From assembly GCA_963729715.1 (NCBI GenBank), contig CAVSPA010000012.1:12985-76984 (forward strand): 64,000 bases of DNA. The letters run 5' to 3'. The translations under genes and the position numbers were made by a program. This document shows positions 53,377 through 63,742 of this stretch, in pieces. The number at the start of each line of letters is the position of its first letter. The first letter of the stretch is position 1. This DNA comes from an uncultured delta proteobacterium (lineage in GTDB: Bacteria; Desulfobacterota; Syntrophia; Syntrophales; UBA2185). The notes below the pieces were generated by a model. It was not told the DNA's origin and made no database searches. It was given only the letters and a program-made list of their open reading frames with translations.

Positions 53377-56262
53377 ATGGGTCGCACAAGCAAAGTCATT
53401 TTGTCCATCGTTGCCGTATTCGTCGTGATCGTCATCGCAGCGTATTTCGCTCTTCCCCCCTTCCTGAAATCTTTTCTTGTCAAAACTCTTTCGGAAAACC
53501 TGCACCGCGAAGTGGCGTTAAAGCAGATAAGCATAAACCCCCTGAGGCTTACCGTGACTGTCGATTCCTTTCAGGTCAAAGAACCTGGGGGAACGGACAC
53601 CTTTGTCGGCTTTGACAGCCTATTTCTGAACATCGACAGTCTCTCCATCTTTCGCAGGACCCTCATCATGAAGGAGATCAGGCTCACAAATCCCGTTATC
53701 CGGGTCACGCGCCGCGCCGACGGTTCCTACAACTTTTCCGACCTGATCCCCAAGGAAAGTGAACCCGTGGAAAAAAAGTCAGCGCCGCTGCCATTCTCCT
53801 TGAACAACATCCACATAGAGAACGGCACGGTCGACTTCTGGGATGGGCCGAAGAAGACCGTCCACAAGGCCAGGGATATCAACATCAGGATCCCTTTCAT
53901 CTCCGATATGCCCTACTACACTGATGAATACGTCACCCCTTATTTTTCGGCGAATATCAATGGCGGCCTCTACACCATAGAGGGCAGAACGAAACCCTTT
54001 GCCGATTCCAGGGAATCCTCCTTTGATATCGACATCAAAGATCTTAACATACCCTATTATCTCTCCTACGTGCCTCTCAAGATGAATTTCAAAATGTTGT
54101 CAGGAGTACTGAGTACAAAGACGAGTGTTTCCTTCATTCAGCATCGCGACAAGAAACCATCCATCGCGATAAAAGGCGATACGACGCTCAAAGACCTTGC
54201 CGTTGACGAGCTGGACAAGCAGCGCCTGCTCCGCATTCCCACCCTTCAGGTCTCCGCCGCTTCTCTGGAGCCCCTTACGTCGGTATACCATTTCTCAAAG
54301 ATTGCCGTGTCCTCTCCGGAACTGATCATCCGGCGAAACAAAGCGGGGAAATTGAATCTGCTCTCGCTCATCCCTCCGCAGAAGGAAGTCAAAAAGAAGG
54401 ATGAGGCGCCTATGATCCTGAAGATAGACGATCTGGGAATTGAGGATGGGAAAATCCAGTTCTTAGATGCCGTGCCTCCCGGGGGAGGCCGGTTCGACAT
54501 CGGCGGCCTGTCTCTTAAAGGAGGGCATGTATCCACGGAGCGGAACACGAAAGCCGACATATCGCTTTCTCTGCGCCTGAACAAAACGGGCGTGATTACC
54601 GTTGCCGGTCCCGTGGGTATTGATCCGCTCTCTGCAAATCTTGCCGTTAAGGTTCAGTCCGTGAACCTTGGCGCTGTGCAGCCTTATATCGATGATAAAT
54701 TGAAGGTCAGCATAACCGACGGCAAGGTATCGACGTCGGGACATCTCAGTCTGCAGGCCGTCGATAAAGACAATCTGAAGACGAGCTATGCCGGCAATAT
54801 CCTCATTGCCAACTTTGCCACGATCGATAAGATCAACGGTGATGGTCTCCTGAAGTGGAATTCGCTCTTCTTTAAGAACGTGCAGGCCGGTAACAATCCC
54901 CTATATCTCCGTGTCGGTGATATATCACTGACGGATTTCTATGCGCGGGTGATTATCCTTCCCGATGGGACGATCAATCTCCAGCATCTCGCAGAAGAAC
55001 AGGGAGCGGAGAAGCCTAAGACAGCCGTGCCAGATAAGAAAAACGCGGAGCCGGCGGACAAGCCCCTGAAGGATATCCAGATCGGCGCCCTAAGTCTGCA
55101 GGGAGGCACCATCGATTTTCAGGATCGATATATAAAACCGAATTATGGGGCCAAGCTCGTGGAGATTGGCGGTCGCGTTTCCGGAATTTCTTCCATGGCC
55201 AGTAAAACGGCGGATGTAGATCTGCGCGGGAAGCTGGATAACTCCGCTCCCCTCGAAATCACCGGCAGGATCCATCCATTTCCGGATAACCTCTTCGTAG
55301 ATCTCAAGGCGGGGTTCAAAGACATGGACCTGAGCCCGCTGTCGCCTTATTCGGGAAAATATGCGGGATACAGCATCAGGAAGGGGAAGCTCTCTTTTGA
55401 TTTGCAGTACTTGATAGTAGAGAAGAAGCTGGATTCCAAAAACAAGATATTCCTCAATCAGTTCCTGTTCGGCGATCGTGTGGAGAGCCCGCAGGCGACG
55501 AAACTCCCGGTGAAGTTGGCCATTGCGCTTCTGCAGGACAGAAAAGGAGATATCGACCTGGATATTCCCGTAAGCGGGACTCTCAATGATCCACAATTCA
55601 GCGTCTGGCAAATTGTGTTCAAGGTGATCGGCAACCTTCTTGAAAAGGCCGTAACGGCGCCGTTTGCCATCCTAGGTTCTCTGTTCGGTCATGGGGAGGA
55701 GCTCAGTTATGTCGAGTTTAACGACGGCAGTTACTCCATAGGCGGAGCAAGTTTGAAGAAGGTGGAAGCCCTGATCAAGGCCCTTCATGAGCGACCTGGT
55801 TTAAGACTCGATATCGAAGGCCACGTGGATATCGAAAAAGACAGGGAGGGATTGATGCGGAATCGGCTCATCGCAAAGCTGAAGGCCCAGAAACTGAAAG
55901 ACATGATCCGTCACGGACAGAAGGCGGTTTCCGTGGACGATATCCAGATTAATGAGTATGAATATAACAGATATCTTGCCTTGGCCTATGAGGCGGAAAA
56001 GTTCCCGAAGCCGAGAACAGCCCTCGGTGTGAAGAAGGATCTGTCGGCCCCGGAGATGGAAAAGTTGATGATGACGAACCTCGCAGTCAGTGACAGCGAC
56101 CTGAGGCTTTTGGCGTCCCAGCGGGCGATACAGATCGAGTCGATGCTCCTGAAAGACGGTACGATCTCTGCGGACCGCATCTTCGTCGTGGAGCCCAAGA
56201 CCCTTGCACCGGAGAAGAAAGAGAAAGCGAAAAACAGCAGGGTCGATTTCCGGCTGAAGTAG
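53377..56262 (+). CDS. DUF748 (AsmA-like) protein
   Basis: N-terminal TM, NFSDLI, SPYSGKYAGY, LPVKLAIALL, OmpA-like tail. Confidence 0.8.
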   Translation: MGRTSKVILSIVAVFVVIVIAAYFALPPFLKSFLVKTLSENLHREVALKQISINPLRLTVTVDSFQVKEPGGTDTFVGFDSLFLNIDSLSIFRRTLIMKEIRLTNPVIRVTRRADGSYNFSDLIPKESEPVEKKSAPLPFSLNNIHIENGTVDFWDGPKKTVHKARDINIRIPFISDMPYYTDEYVTPYFSANINGGLYTIEGRTKPFADSRESSFDIDIKDLNIPYYLSYVPLKMNFKMLSGVLSTKTSVSFIQHRDKKPSIAIKGDTTLKDLAVDELDKQRLLRIPTLQVSAASLEPLTSVYHFSKIAVSSPELIIRRNKAGKLNLLSLIPPQKEVKKKDEAPMILKIDDLGIEDGKIQFLDAVPPGGGRFDIGGLSLKGGHVSTERNTKADISLSLRLNKTGVITVAGPVGIDPLSANLAVKVQSVNLGAVQPYIDDKLKVSITDGKVSTSGHLSLQAVDKDNLKTSYAGNILIANFATIDKINGDGLLKWNSLFFKNVQAGNNPLYLRVGDISLTDFYARVIILPDGTINLQHLAEEQGAEKPKTAVPDKKNAEPADKPLKDIQIGALSLQGGTIDFQDRYIKPNYGAKLVEIGGRVSGISSMASKTADVDLRGKLDNSAPLEITGRIHPFPDNLFVDLKAGFKDMDLSPLSPYSGKYAGYSIRKGKLSFDLQYLIVEKKLDSKNKIFLNQFLFGDRVESPQATKLPVKLAIALLQDRKGDIDLDIPVSGTLNDPQFSVWQIVFKVIGNLLEKAVTAPFAILGSLFGHGEELSYVEFNDGSYSIGGASLKKVEALIKALHERPGLRLDIEGHVDIEKDREGLMRNRLIAKLKAQKLKDMIRHGQKAVSVDDIQINEYEYNRYLALAYEAEKFPKPRTALGVKKDLSAPEMEKLMMTNLAVSDSDLRLLASQRAIQIESMLLKDGTISADRIFVVEPKTLAPEKKEKAKNSRVDFRLK

Positions 56263-56299
56263 ATGCTCGCAATAAGGGTTGAAGATCCGCACATGGCGG

Positions 56300-57153
56300 C
56301 TATTTGCCGAATAGTTCGACCTTGACCATGTTCTTACGGGCATTTTTTATAGAATACATAACCTTGTCGGGGATGTTGATCATCTCATCGACTGAGCTGG
56401 GCGGCTTTAAGTAAATGACGACCCCGATGCTGAAGGTAACAGTCCAGTTTTTCTTCTTCATAGCGTTGAGGAGGTTGCCCCGGACCTTATTGAACAATGT
56501 CTCGACGGATTCGTAATCGCCTGTTTCCGGAAGGATAACAGAGAACTCGTCTCCTCCAAGCCTTGCAACGGTATCTGTGTTGCGGAGGTTGGCGCGGAGC
56601 GTATCACTGACAGTTATAAGAATACTGTCGCCTACGGCATGTCCAAAGCTGTCGTTAATGAATTTGAAGTTGTCGAGGTCGATGTAGGCAACGGTAAAGG
56701 GATGTGTGTATCTTGCTGCCCTTCTCATCTCCCTTTCAGCCAGCTCAAAAAATACCTTCTGTTCATCGCGCCCGTTAAGCTGTCCGTTCTGGAAAGCGAT
56801 TTTTATTCGCTGAGCCTATCTTTCAATGCAGACAAAATATACGTGAAGATAAGAAACGTCCCCAGCATGACCGCAGTGTTCCAGTAAGGGACAATTGGAT
56901 GTGAGTACTGCTCTGTTGCAGATAAATCTGCCAGGAACCAAACCGAGGCGGTAATTGTGGACATCAGCAGACCGATGTTCCATCCTGCGTACCAGGTTAC
57001 GAAGGAAATAGGAAGCAGGTAGAGTATTGTAATCGTAACTTCCCTGCCGGTAAGATAATCTATGTAGCCCATCAAAGAGATCAACAAGAACCCGATAAAA
57101 ATGACGTACGATCTGGGACTGTCTTTAAGCAGTTCATCCAACTTTGTTGTCAT
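56300..57153 (-). pseudogene. Membrane-anchored diguanylate cyclase broken by a nonsense codon and a frameshift
   Basis: TM domain ...LSE*KSLSRTDSLTGAMNRR then a 1-nt shortfall in a T run; GGDEF domain intact at 56300-56728. Confidence 0.8.
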
Positions 57154-57315
57154 TGCACACCACCTGTCAGGCCAGGCTCACGCCAAAGATTGCTCAAGAA
57201 CTGTCAATCCAAAACTGTGCTGATAATAATGGTGATTTATAGCTTGCCTATATATCACGAATCCCGGCGACATATTCATTAATTATCACTGCATCGAAAC
57301 GGCTTCAATTCTTCG

Positions 57316-57344
57316 TTGACACACGGGTCCACTTCCTCTATATT
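57316..57344 (+). promoter_or_regulatory. sigma70 promoter
   Basis: TTGACA-N17-TATATT. Confidence 0.6.
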
Positions 57345-57454
57345 TGCCCACCGGAAATCTCATCACGAATCTTCCCCTGGAAACGAGGATGAGAACATTT
57401 TCATTCACGTCCGGTCATGACGCAGCTATTTCGGGATACCGCAGGGGCGAGGCA

Positions 57455-57946
57455 ATGAGACAGAAGGAAATCAAGAGAAGATCAGACTGGAAAGATCTCT
57501 ATAAGAGGAAGACGTACGAGGAAGTGGAGCTGGAAGTGGGAATGGAGCTCCCTCATGGCCCGGTACTTTTTTATAATGAGCTGGTGGCGGACCACAGCAC
57601 GAACCCGAGGAATGTCGGCAGAATGACGGATGCGGACGGGTTTGCGCACGTTGGCGATCCTTCCTGCGGCGATGAGATGCAGCTCTGGATTAAGATAGAC
57701 GGAGGAAGAATTTCGGATATTAAATTCCAATCATCCGGATGCGCCGGTGCCGTGGCGACAAGCAGCATGACAACGGTCCTTGCCAGAGGCAGAACCATCG
57801 AAGAGGCGAAGCGGATAACAGACGCTGATGTCATCCGTGCCCTCGAAGGCATACCCGGCCGCGATGGCACCTGCATTCTTTCAGGTATCAGTGCTCTCCT
57901 CGCAGCCATCGGTGACTATGAACAAAAGAACACCACCAAGAAATGA
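57455..57946 (+). CDS. Second IscU/NifU-N-like scaffold
   Basis: NPRNVG, SCGD, GCAGAVA, GTC; start uncertain (57389 or 57455). Confidence 0.8.
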   Translation: MRQKEIKRRSDWKDLYKRKTYEEVELEVGMELPHGPVLFYNELVADHSTNPRNVGRMTDADGFAHVGDPSCGDEMQLWIKIDGGRISDIKFQSSGCAGAVATSSMTTVLARGRTIEEAKRITDADVIRALEGIPGRDGTCILSGISALLAAIGDYEQKNTTKK

Positions 57947-57948
57947 GG

Positions 57949-58659
57949 TCACTTGAACACCTCGATGTAATCAACGTATGAGACAGCCCCTTCCCCGGTA
58001 TTATCGGAGTCGTTCATGATGGCGATCCCTGCCGTCTGGGGCGGATCTTTCCCGAAGGCAGTTCTGTAGTCGTCCAGAATATTGACCGCCTCCTCGACCC
58101 AGGTTCCGGTCTTCGTTCGTCCTTTCTCAAGGATGACGATCTTCGCCCTGTCCGTGTATGGGCTCGTGATGATTCTCTCCGCAATGTCCTGGCCTGTCCA
58201 GACGTAATTCAACGTACTGTCAGGCGGATATTTTCCGTAGAGGGCTTTCGCAATCCCATACTCGAGACGCTCTCCGACACCGGCCCGTTCCGGATCATAC
58301 TGAAATGTGACATAGACCCTAATGGGGTAGTCGTCTCCGGATTGATCTCTAATGTCTCCTTTCGTGTAGACGTTGTCCGCCTTCCACTTCCAGCGCATGT
58401 GCGGGTACTCGTAAACGTTCCATGTTTTCCTATAGACAATGGCAGACGCCGAACCGTGGCTTTCCGTTTTCAGCAAAGGGTGTCCTTTCTCGCTCACTAT
58501 AGTATATGTTGAATGCTCTTTGATCTTCGGAAAATAGAGGGGTTCCCAGTTGGAAAGATTTTTGAAATCCTCACGGAAGAGTACCTGTTTGTTTTCGGCA
58601 AGGGCGAAAACGGCCGAAAATGTGATGGCAAATATTAGCACAGTATTCCGGAATTTCAT
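57949..58659 (-). CDS. DUF3047-like secreted protein
   Basis: Signal peptide, WKWK, DDYPIRVYV, LNYVW, DYRTAFG, MNDSDNTG. Confidence 0.75.
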   Translation of the reverse strand: MKFRNTVLIFAITFSAVFALAENKQVLFREDFKNLSNWEPLYFPKIKEHSTYTIVSEKGHPLLKTESHGSASAIVYRKTWNVYEYPHMRWKWKADNVYTKGDIRDQSGDDYPIRVYVTFQYDPERAGVGERLEYGIAKALYGKYPPDSTLNYVWTGQDIAERIITSPYTDRAKIVILEKGRTKTGTWVEEAVNILDDYRTAFGKDPPQTAGIAIMNDSDNTGEGAVSYVDYIEVFK

Positions 58660-58712
58660 AACTGCGGATACCTCAATAGCCTTCTTCTGTTAATAGCATA
58701 TGAAAATATCGT

Positions 58713-59795
58713 TCAGATGGAAAGAACAAAACTTGAAAGCCTTTGAGATAGAGACATCAACAATCTATTGACCCAGCGCCGGAGAGGATGGACCGGTTGC
58801 CATCGCGGCTCGAGACCGCCGAGGAGTTCAAGCAAATGCATGGAGCTCTTACCATATTTAGCAAAGCAATCCTGACAGCCTGTGCAGTATGTAACAATGG
58901 TGTTCTCTCCCGCTGCTTCAATAATCCGCTCCGTGAATTCGCCGGCCAGTGTTGGGTATAGAGAGGACAGTCCGCCGCCGTAACCGCAGCACATGGGTTC
59001 CTGAGACTCGGCTATCGTCTTGTCCACCCTGCCTAATAATTCTCTTGCTCGCTGTATGATAAGGCTGCCTGAGTGGCAAATCGGGCAGGGGTGGTGAAGA
59101 TATATGTGTTTCTGTGGTGCAGTCGTGAAGGCATCCCGCGGCAGGATTTCGAGAATATGTTCGACAGTTATATCCTTAAGAAATTTTGAGAGGATCTTCT
59201 GGCAGTTGATGCAGCCCGTAATCACGCGGGATATGTTGCGCTTCCTAAGCCTTTCCTGGATTCTTCTTGTGGCTGCGCTGACTGTGTCTACGTCGCCGAA
59301 CTGATGCACAGGGTCATAGCAGCAATCAAGCGCTACGCCAACTTGGGTGTTGAGACGGTAACTGAGGACATCGATAGTCCTTCTTACAATGGCGGGATAC
59401 AACCCGGCCAGGCCGCATCCCGGCCAAAAGACCGTGTCATGGGAAGAATAATAGACGAACGGGAAATGATGCCCCACATCTGCAAACCTGCAAGCCCTTC
59501 TTAAGACTTGTCTCACTCTGTCAGGAATATTTCCCGATTGGATGAGGTCGTGTTTTGCATAAAAAAGGGCCTCAGCCGGGAAGAGACCCGAGGGGCACAT
59601 GCTGCTGCATACGCCGCAGTTTGCACATAATAAGACATCCGCGGGACATTCCGTTATTATTTCATCTGGTGTCCCGCGGGTCTCAATGAGGGGACAGGCT
59701 GTGGCGCACGAACCACAGCCTCTGCACGCACCGGCGTCAATGAACACCTGAACTTCTTGGGAACGTCCCATTCCATTCTTACTGGACTTTTTCAA
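58713..59795 (-). CDS. Fe-S oxidoreductase-like protein: 2x CxxCxxCxxxC plus CCG domains
   Basis: CRGCGSCATAC, CANCGVCSSMC, FWPGC, DCC, MCCGYGGG, TYCTGC. Confidence 0.8.
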   Translation of the reverse strand: MKKSSKNGMGRSQEVQVFIDAGACRGCGSCATACPLIETRGTPDEIITECPADVLLCANCGVCSSMCPSGLFPAEALFYAKHDLIQSGNIPDRVRQVLRRACRFADVGHHFPFVYYSSHDTVFWPGCGLAGLYPAIVRRTIDVLSYRLNTQVGVALDCCYDPVHQFGDVDTVSAATRRIQERLRKRNISRVITGCINCQKILSKFLKDITVEHILEILPRDAFTTAPQKHIYLHHPCPICHSGSLIIQRARELLGRVDKTIAESQEPMCCGYGGGLSSLYPTLAGEFTERIIEAAGENTIVTYCTGCQDCFAKYGKSSMHLLELLGGLEPRWQPVHPLRRWVNRLLMSLSQRLSSFVLSI

Positions 59796-60288
59796 CAGGA
59801 TATTCTGCTTCGTTCCAGGCCTTGATGCCGCCGGGCTGGCGATAGGCGTTTTTGTAGCCGAGCCGAGTGGCCCACATCGCCCCGTTGTGGCTTCGGGTGC
59901 ATTCTACAAATCCGCAGTAAAAAACGATAACGCGGTTCTTGTCGGGTCCAAGGACCTTTTCCAGACCTGCTCTCGTCTTATCGTTGAGTTTCGTCATTTC
60001 CGGTCTGGGGAGTTCGAAATTCACGGCCCCGGGGTAATGTTGCTTCTTGAAACTGGCGTCGTATGGCTGGGTGTCAACAATCAGCATATCTTTTTTCTGG
60101 TCGATCCAGCTTTTCAGCTCCGGCGTTGTTATGACCTTGTAGCCGCCCCTCTCCACTTCCTGCGCAAATGTTACGGCGCTCTTTTCAATGTCGAGTTCTT
60201 TAGCGCCCCAGGCAGCAAGGCCGGTGCCGGCAAATCCGATAACGAAAACAACACTGATTAAAATTACGAATAATCTCCTCTTCATCAT
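59779..60288 (-). CDS. Exported rhodanese-domain protein
   Basis: Signal peptide, HYPGAVNF, VFYCGFVECTRSH, GGIKAW. Confidence 0.85.
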   Translation of the reverse strand: MMKRRLFVILISVVFVIGFAGTGLAAWGAKELDIEKSAVTFAQEVERGGYKVITTPELKSWIDQKKDMLIVDTQPYDASFKKQHYPGAVNFELPRPEMTKLNDKTRAGLEKVLGPDKNRVIVFYCGFVECTRSHNGAMWATRLGYKNAYRQPGGIKAWNEAEYPVEKVQ

Positions 60289-60502
60289 GCTTCATGAACC
60301 TCCTCTTATCTTTAGTGTAGAAGCTATCAATTCCACGACAGAGCCCTCAGGGCGTCTCCAATCATTGTGATTAATTTACCATACGTTATATAGCTTATTT
60401 GAATAAGTCAAATTCCCATAAGCTATAGGCATGCGCCCTTTATGCTTATTTGTTATGGGGATGATAAGGACTTGCCGATTCTCCGGCACGACGTGGCATG
60501 AC

Positions 60503-61429
60503 CTATCTGAAGGGGAAATATTTCTTTACGAGGTCCAGGAAGTGCTTGTGGTAAATCATCAGAGGAAATTGTTTCCTGTAAACGAGGTAGAAATATCTTT
60601 CCATGTTGCAGTTGCTGACATGAAGAGCGGTCAGCAGACCCTGGGATATTTCCCGTTTAACTGCAAAAGAGGACAGGATCGAAACGCCAAGACCAGCGAG
60701 TATCGCCTCTTTGATGGCCTCGGAGCTTCCCATTTCACAGACTACGTTGAAGGAGGAGAGGCTTGTATTAAGTTGCTTCTGGAGGCATTCCTCGATGAGA
60801 TCGCGTGTTGCCGACCCTTTTTCTCGGATGATAAAAGGTATCTTTGTTATATCTTCTGCTCTCGCAGTCTTTTGTTTTGCAAGATGATGGTCGAGGGGGA
60901 CAGCAAGAACGAGATGATCCTTCCATAGACGCTGCACAACCAGCTTCTTGTTTGCGGGTTCTTTGCCGATGAAACCTATTTCTGCCTGGTCATTCAGAAT
61001 AGTTTGCAGTGTTTCCTCGCTGTCGTGCATCTGCATGTGAACCTGTATGCCGTGGCGTGTTTGTTTCAGACGGCTTATTAGGTGAGGAAGAATGTATGTG
61101 GCCGGTATGGTACTGGCAGACAAATAGATATGCCCCGATTCCTGTGCCTTGTGTCTTACGACACGTTCTTTGGCGTCCTCCCTTAATCTTATCGCCCGCT
61201 TTGCATAATCATAGATAATCTGGCCCTCCGGCGTAAGAGAAATTCCAGTTACTCCACGGTTGACCAATCGCGATGCTGCCGCTTCTTCCAGGTTCTTGAT
61301 TTGCTTGGTGAGAGACGGCTGGGAAAGGGAAAGTTTAGCAGCGGCCCTGGTAAAACTGCCTGCTTCAACCAACGCCATGAGGACTTCCAATTGCTGTATC
61401 GTGATATTCTTGAATTTATCCTCGTTCAT
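60503..61429 (-). CDS. LysR regulator (selenium-metabolism-associated/CysL-like)
   Basis: GSFTRAA..L.LSQP HTH, ASTIPATY, REKGSATR; divergent from selD. Confidence 0.88.
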   Translation of the reverse strand: MNEDKFKNITIQQLEVLMALVEAGSFTRAAAKLSLSQPSLTKQIKNLEEAAASRLVNRGVTGISLTPEGQIIYDYAKRAIRLREDAKERVVRHKAQESGHIYLSASTIPATYILPHLISRLKQTRHGIQVHMQMHDSEETLQTILNDQAEIGFIGKEPANKKLVVQRLWKDHLVLAVPLDHHLAKQKTARAEDITKIPFIIREKGSATRDLIEECLQKQLNTSLSSFNVVCEMGSSEAIKEAILAGLGVSILSSFAVKREISQGLLTALHVSNCNMERYFYLVYRKQFPLMIYHKHFLDLVKKYFPFR

Positions 61430-61558
61430 ACAGGGGAAGCTACCATAATAATGCGCCGCAATCCAAGCGGGAATCTTTATTAAATATCCATGCTCCGTGA
61501 TTTATTTCTGCAATACAAAATATTGACGCGTTTTGCCGATTACTGTAATATGCCGGCC

Positions 61559-62617
61559 ATGGACGAGAACCCCAAGATACGCCTTACCGAGACGGTGCAC
61601 GGAGCCGGTTGAGCCTGCAAGATCGGTCCGGGCGACCTGAGTGAAGCATTGCGTGATTTGCCGTTGATTACCGATCCGAATCTGATCGTCGGGCTGGAGC
61701 ATGCGGAAGACGCCGGAGTTTATAAACTCCGTGACGATCTGGCCATTATACAGACGGTGGATTTTTTTACGCCTATTGTGGACGATCCTTACACGTTCGG
61801 CCAGATAGCCGTTACGAATGCCTTGAGCGACGTATATGCCATGGGAGGAAGACCGCTTACAGCACTGAACATCGTCTGCTTCCCTGCAAAGACAATGGAT
61901 ATGTCCATACTCCGGCAGATTCTCCAGGGAGGGCTCGATAAAATGCGCGAAGCCGGCGTCCTTCTCATCGGAGGGCACAGCGTGGAGGATGAAGAACCGA
62001 AATATGGGCTTTCTGTCGTCGGCGTTGTGCATCCTGACAGAGTCCTGCTAAATAGAGGCGGCAGGGCAGGGGACAAGCTGATTCTCACCAAGCCTCTGGG
62101 TACTGGCATTGTGAGCACGGCGCTGAAGGTCGGGCTGGCCAATGAGGCCATTGTGGCAAAGTCGACAAAGTACATGACCACACTGAATAAGAAGACGGCA
62201 GAGCTCATGCTGGAAATGCCTGATATCCACGCCTGCACGGACGTTACGGGATTCGGATTCCTGGGACACGCCTGCGAGATGATAGAGAACTCCGACGTGG
62301 GCATCCTCATCCGTGCGTCATCAGTTCCATTTTTCCCCGAAATAAAAGAATTTGTCGAGAAAGAAGTTGTGCCCGGCGGGCTGGAACGGAATCGCCAGTA
62401 TCGTGCGAAGTTCATCGATGTTGATCCGGCGTGTCCCGACTGGATGGTGGATATCCTGTTCGATCCGCAGACTGCCGGCGGACTGCTTATTGCCTTGCCG
62501 GAACCGCAGGCAAAAACATTAATCGGCAGGATGCATGCTAATGGTATCGTTGAAGCGGCCATCGTGGGTGAAGTCATATCAAAACCGAAAGGGAAAATCA
62601 GGGTTCTCTATCCGTAG
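61559..62617 (+). CDS. selD: Selenophosphate synthetase, selenocysteine-containing
   Basis: MDENPKIRLTETVHGAG-TGA-ACKIGP in frame with the track ORF; EDAGVY, TVDFFTP, NALSDVYAMGG, TDVTGFG, DPQTAGGLL. Confidence 0.95.
61613..61650 (+). promoter_or_regulatory. Putative bacterial SECIS
   Basis: Stem-loop GGTC-CGGGC-GACC about 12 nt after the in-frame TGA. Confidence 0.6.
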
Positions 62618-62653
62618 TCATTGAGATGTCCGGAGGTCTCGTCAAGCGACGCT

Positions 62654-63727
62654 ATGAAACGCATTGAATCCTTCCTTATTAAAGAAGAGACATTACACAA
62701 TGTAATGAAGCTCAAGACCATGGTGAAACAGGATGATGCCCTTGCGGTGCTCATGTTCGGCAGTCCTGACCCGGACGCTGTTGCATCGTGCATGGCCCTT
62801 CAGGAGCTCCTGCGGCAGACTGCCGGTTTATCGAAGTGTACCTTCGTTGCCACGGAGCCCGTAATTCGTCAGCAGAATATCGAATTCATCCGGGCGATGA
62901 AAGTGGACATTGAGCTGTTGAGCAAGATAGATATCCGCTCGTACCCCGTGATTGCCATTGTAGACGCGCAGCCGACCTTTTTCGGCGATGCCCTCCAAGG
63001 CATTCAGCCGCAGATCGTCTTTGACCATCATCCCTGCACGACGGTATGGCATGCCGAACTTGCCGACGTGCGGGAGAATTACGGTGCCCTGTCGACAATG
63101 ATGACGGAATACCTCCTCGCTGCGAAAGTGAGAATTCCCAAGAAACTCTACACAGCCCTCCTTTACGGGATCAAGGCGGACACAAACAATTTCGAACGCG
63201 ACGTCATACTGGAAGACATCAGTGCCTACTACCTTAATTTTGCACGCGCTAATCGCCAGCTCATCCGCCGCATCGAATTAAATCAGGTTCCCGAGCGCTT
63301 CCTCAAGTACTTTGATATTGCGTATCACAACAGGCGGCGCTACCGTGACAGGATCATGTGCTTTCTGGGCAGGGTGGAAAGCGTCGATGTGTGTGTTCAA
63401 CTGGCGGACTCTTACCTGCGCATAGTCGGTATATCCTATGTCATCGTTGCCGGCATCGTCAAAGAAAGGCTTGTCATTATTTTCCGGGGCGATGGGTACC
63501 GCCAGGATTGCGGGATTATTGCCGCAAAGGCTTTCGGAAACTACGGGAATGCCGGCGGCCACAGAAGCGCCGCGCGCGTGGAGATTCCCATCGAAACGAT
63601 CAGGGAAGTAGTAGGAAATGATCTTTCCCAAGAGGCTATGGACCGCTTCCTTATGCAGCGTCTCCGCGGAAAGCGCAATCTGATCAATAATGGAAAGGTG
63701 TTCAAGCCGCCAGTGTTACCTTCCTGA
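62654..63727 (+). CDS. DHH/DHHA1 phosphoesterase
   Basis: PDPDA, VDAQP, FDHHP, GIKADT, AGGH. Confidence 0.88.
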   Translation: MKRIESFLIKEETLHNVMKLKTMVKQDDALAVLMFGSPDPDAVASCMALQELLRQTAGLSKCTFVATEPVIRQQNIEFIRAMKVDIELLSKIDIRSYPVIAIVDAQPTFFGDALQGIQPQIVFDHHPCTTVWHAELADVRENYGALSTMMTEYLLAAKVRIPKKLYTALLYGIKADTNNFERDVILEDISAYYLNFARANRQLIRRIELNQVPERFLKYFDIAYHNRRRYRDRIMCFLGRVESVDVCVQLADSYLRIVGISYVIVAGIVKERLVIIFRGDGYRQDCGIIAAKAFGNYGNAGGHRSAARVEIPIETIREVVGNDLSQEAMDRFLMQRLRGKRNLINNGKVFKPPVLPS

Positions 63728-63742
63728 GGGAAAAACAATCCG

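Noticed and set aside
61789..62577. 262-aa minus-strand ORF
   Set aside because: Antisense to selD
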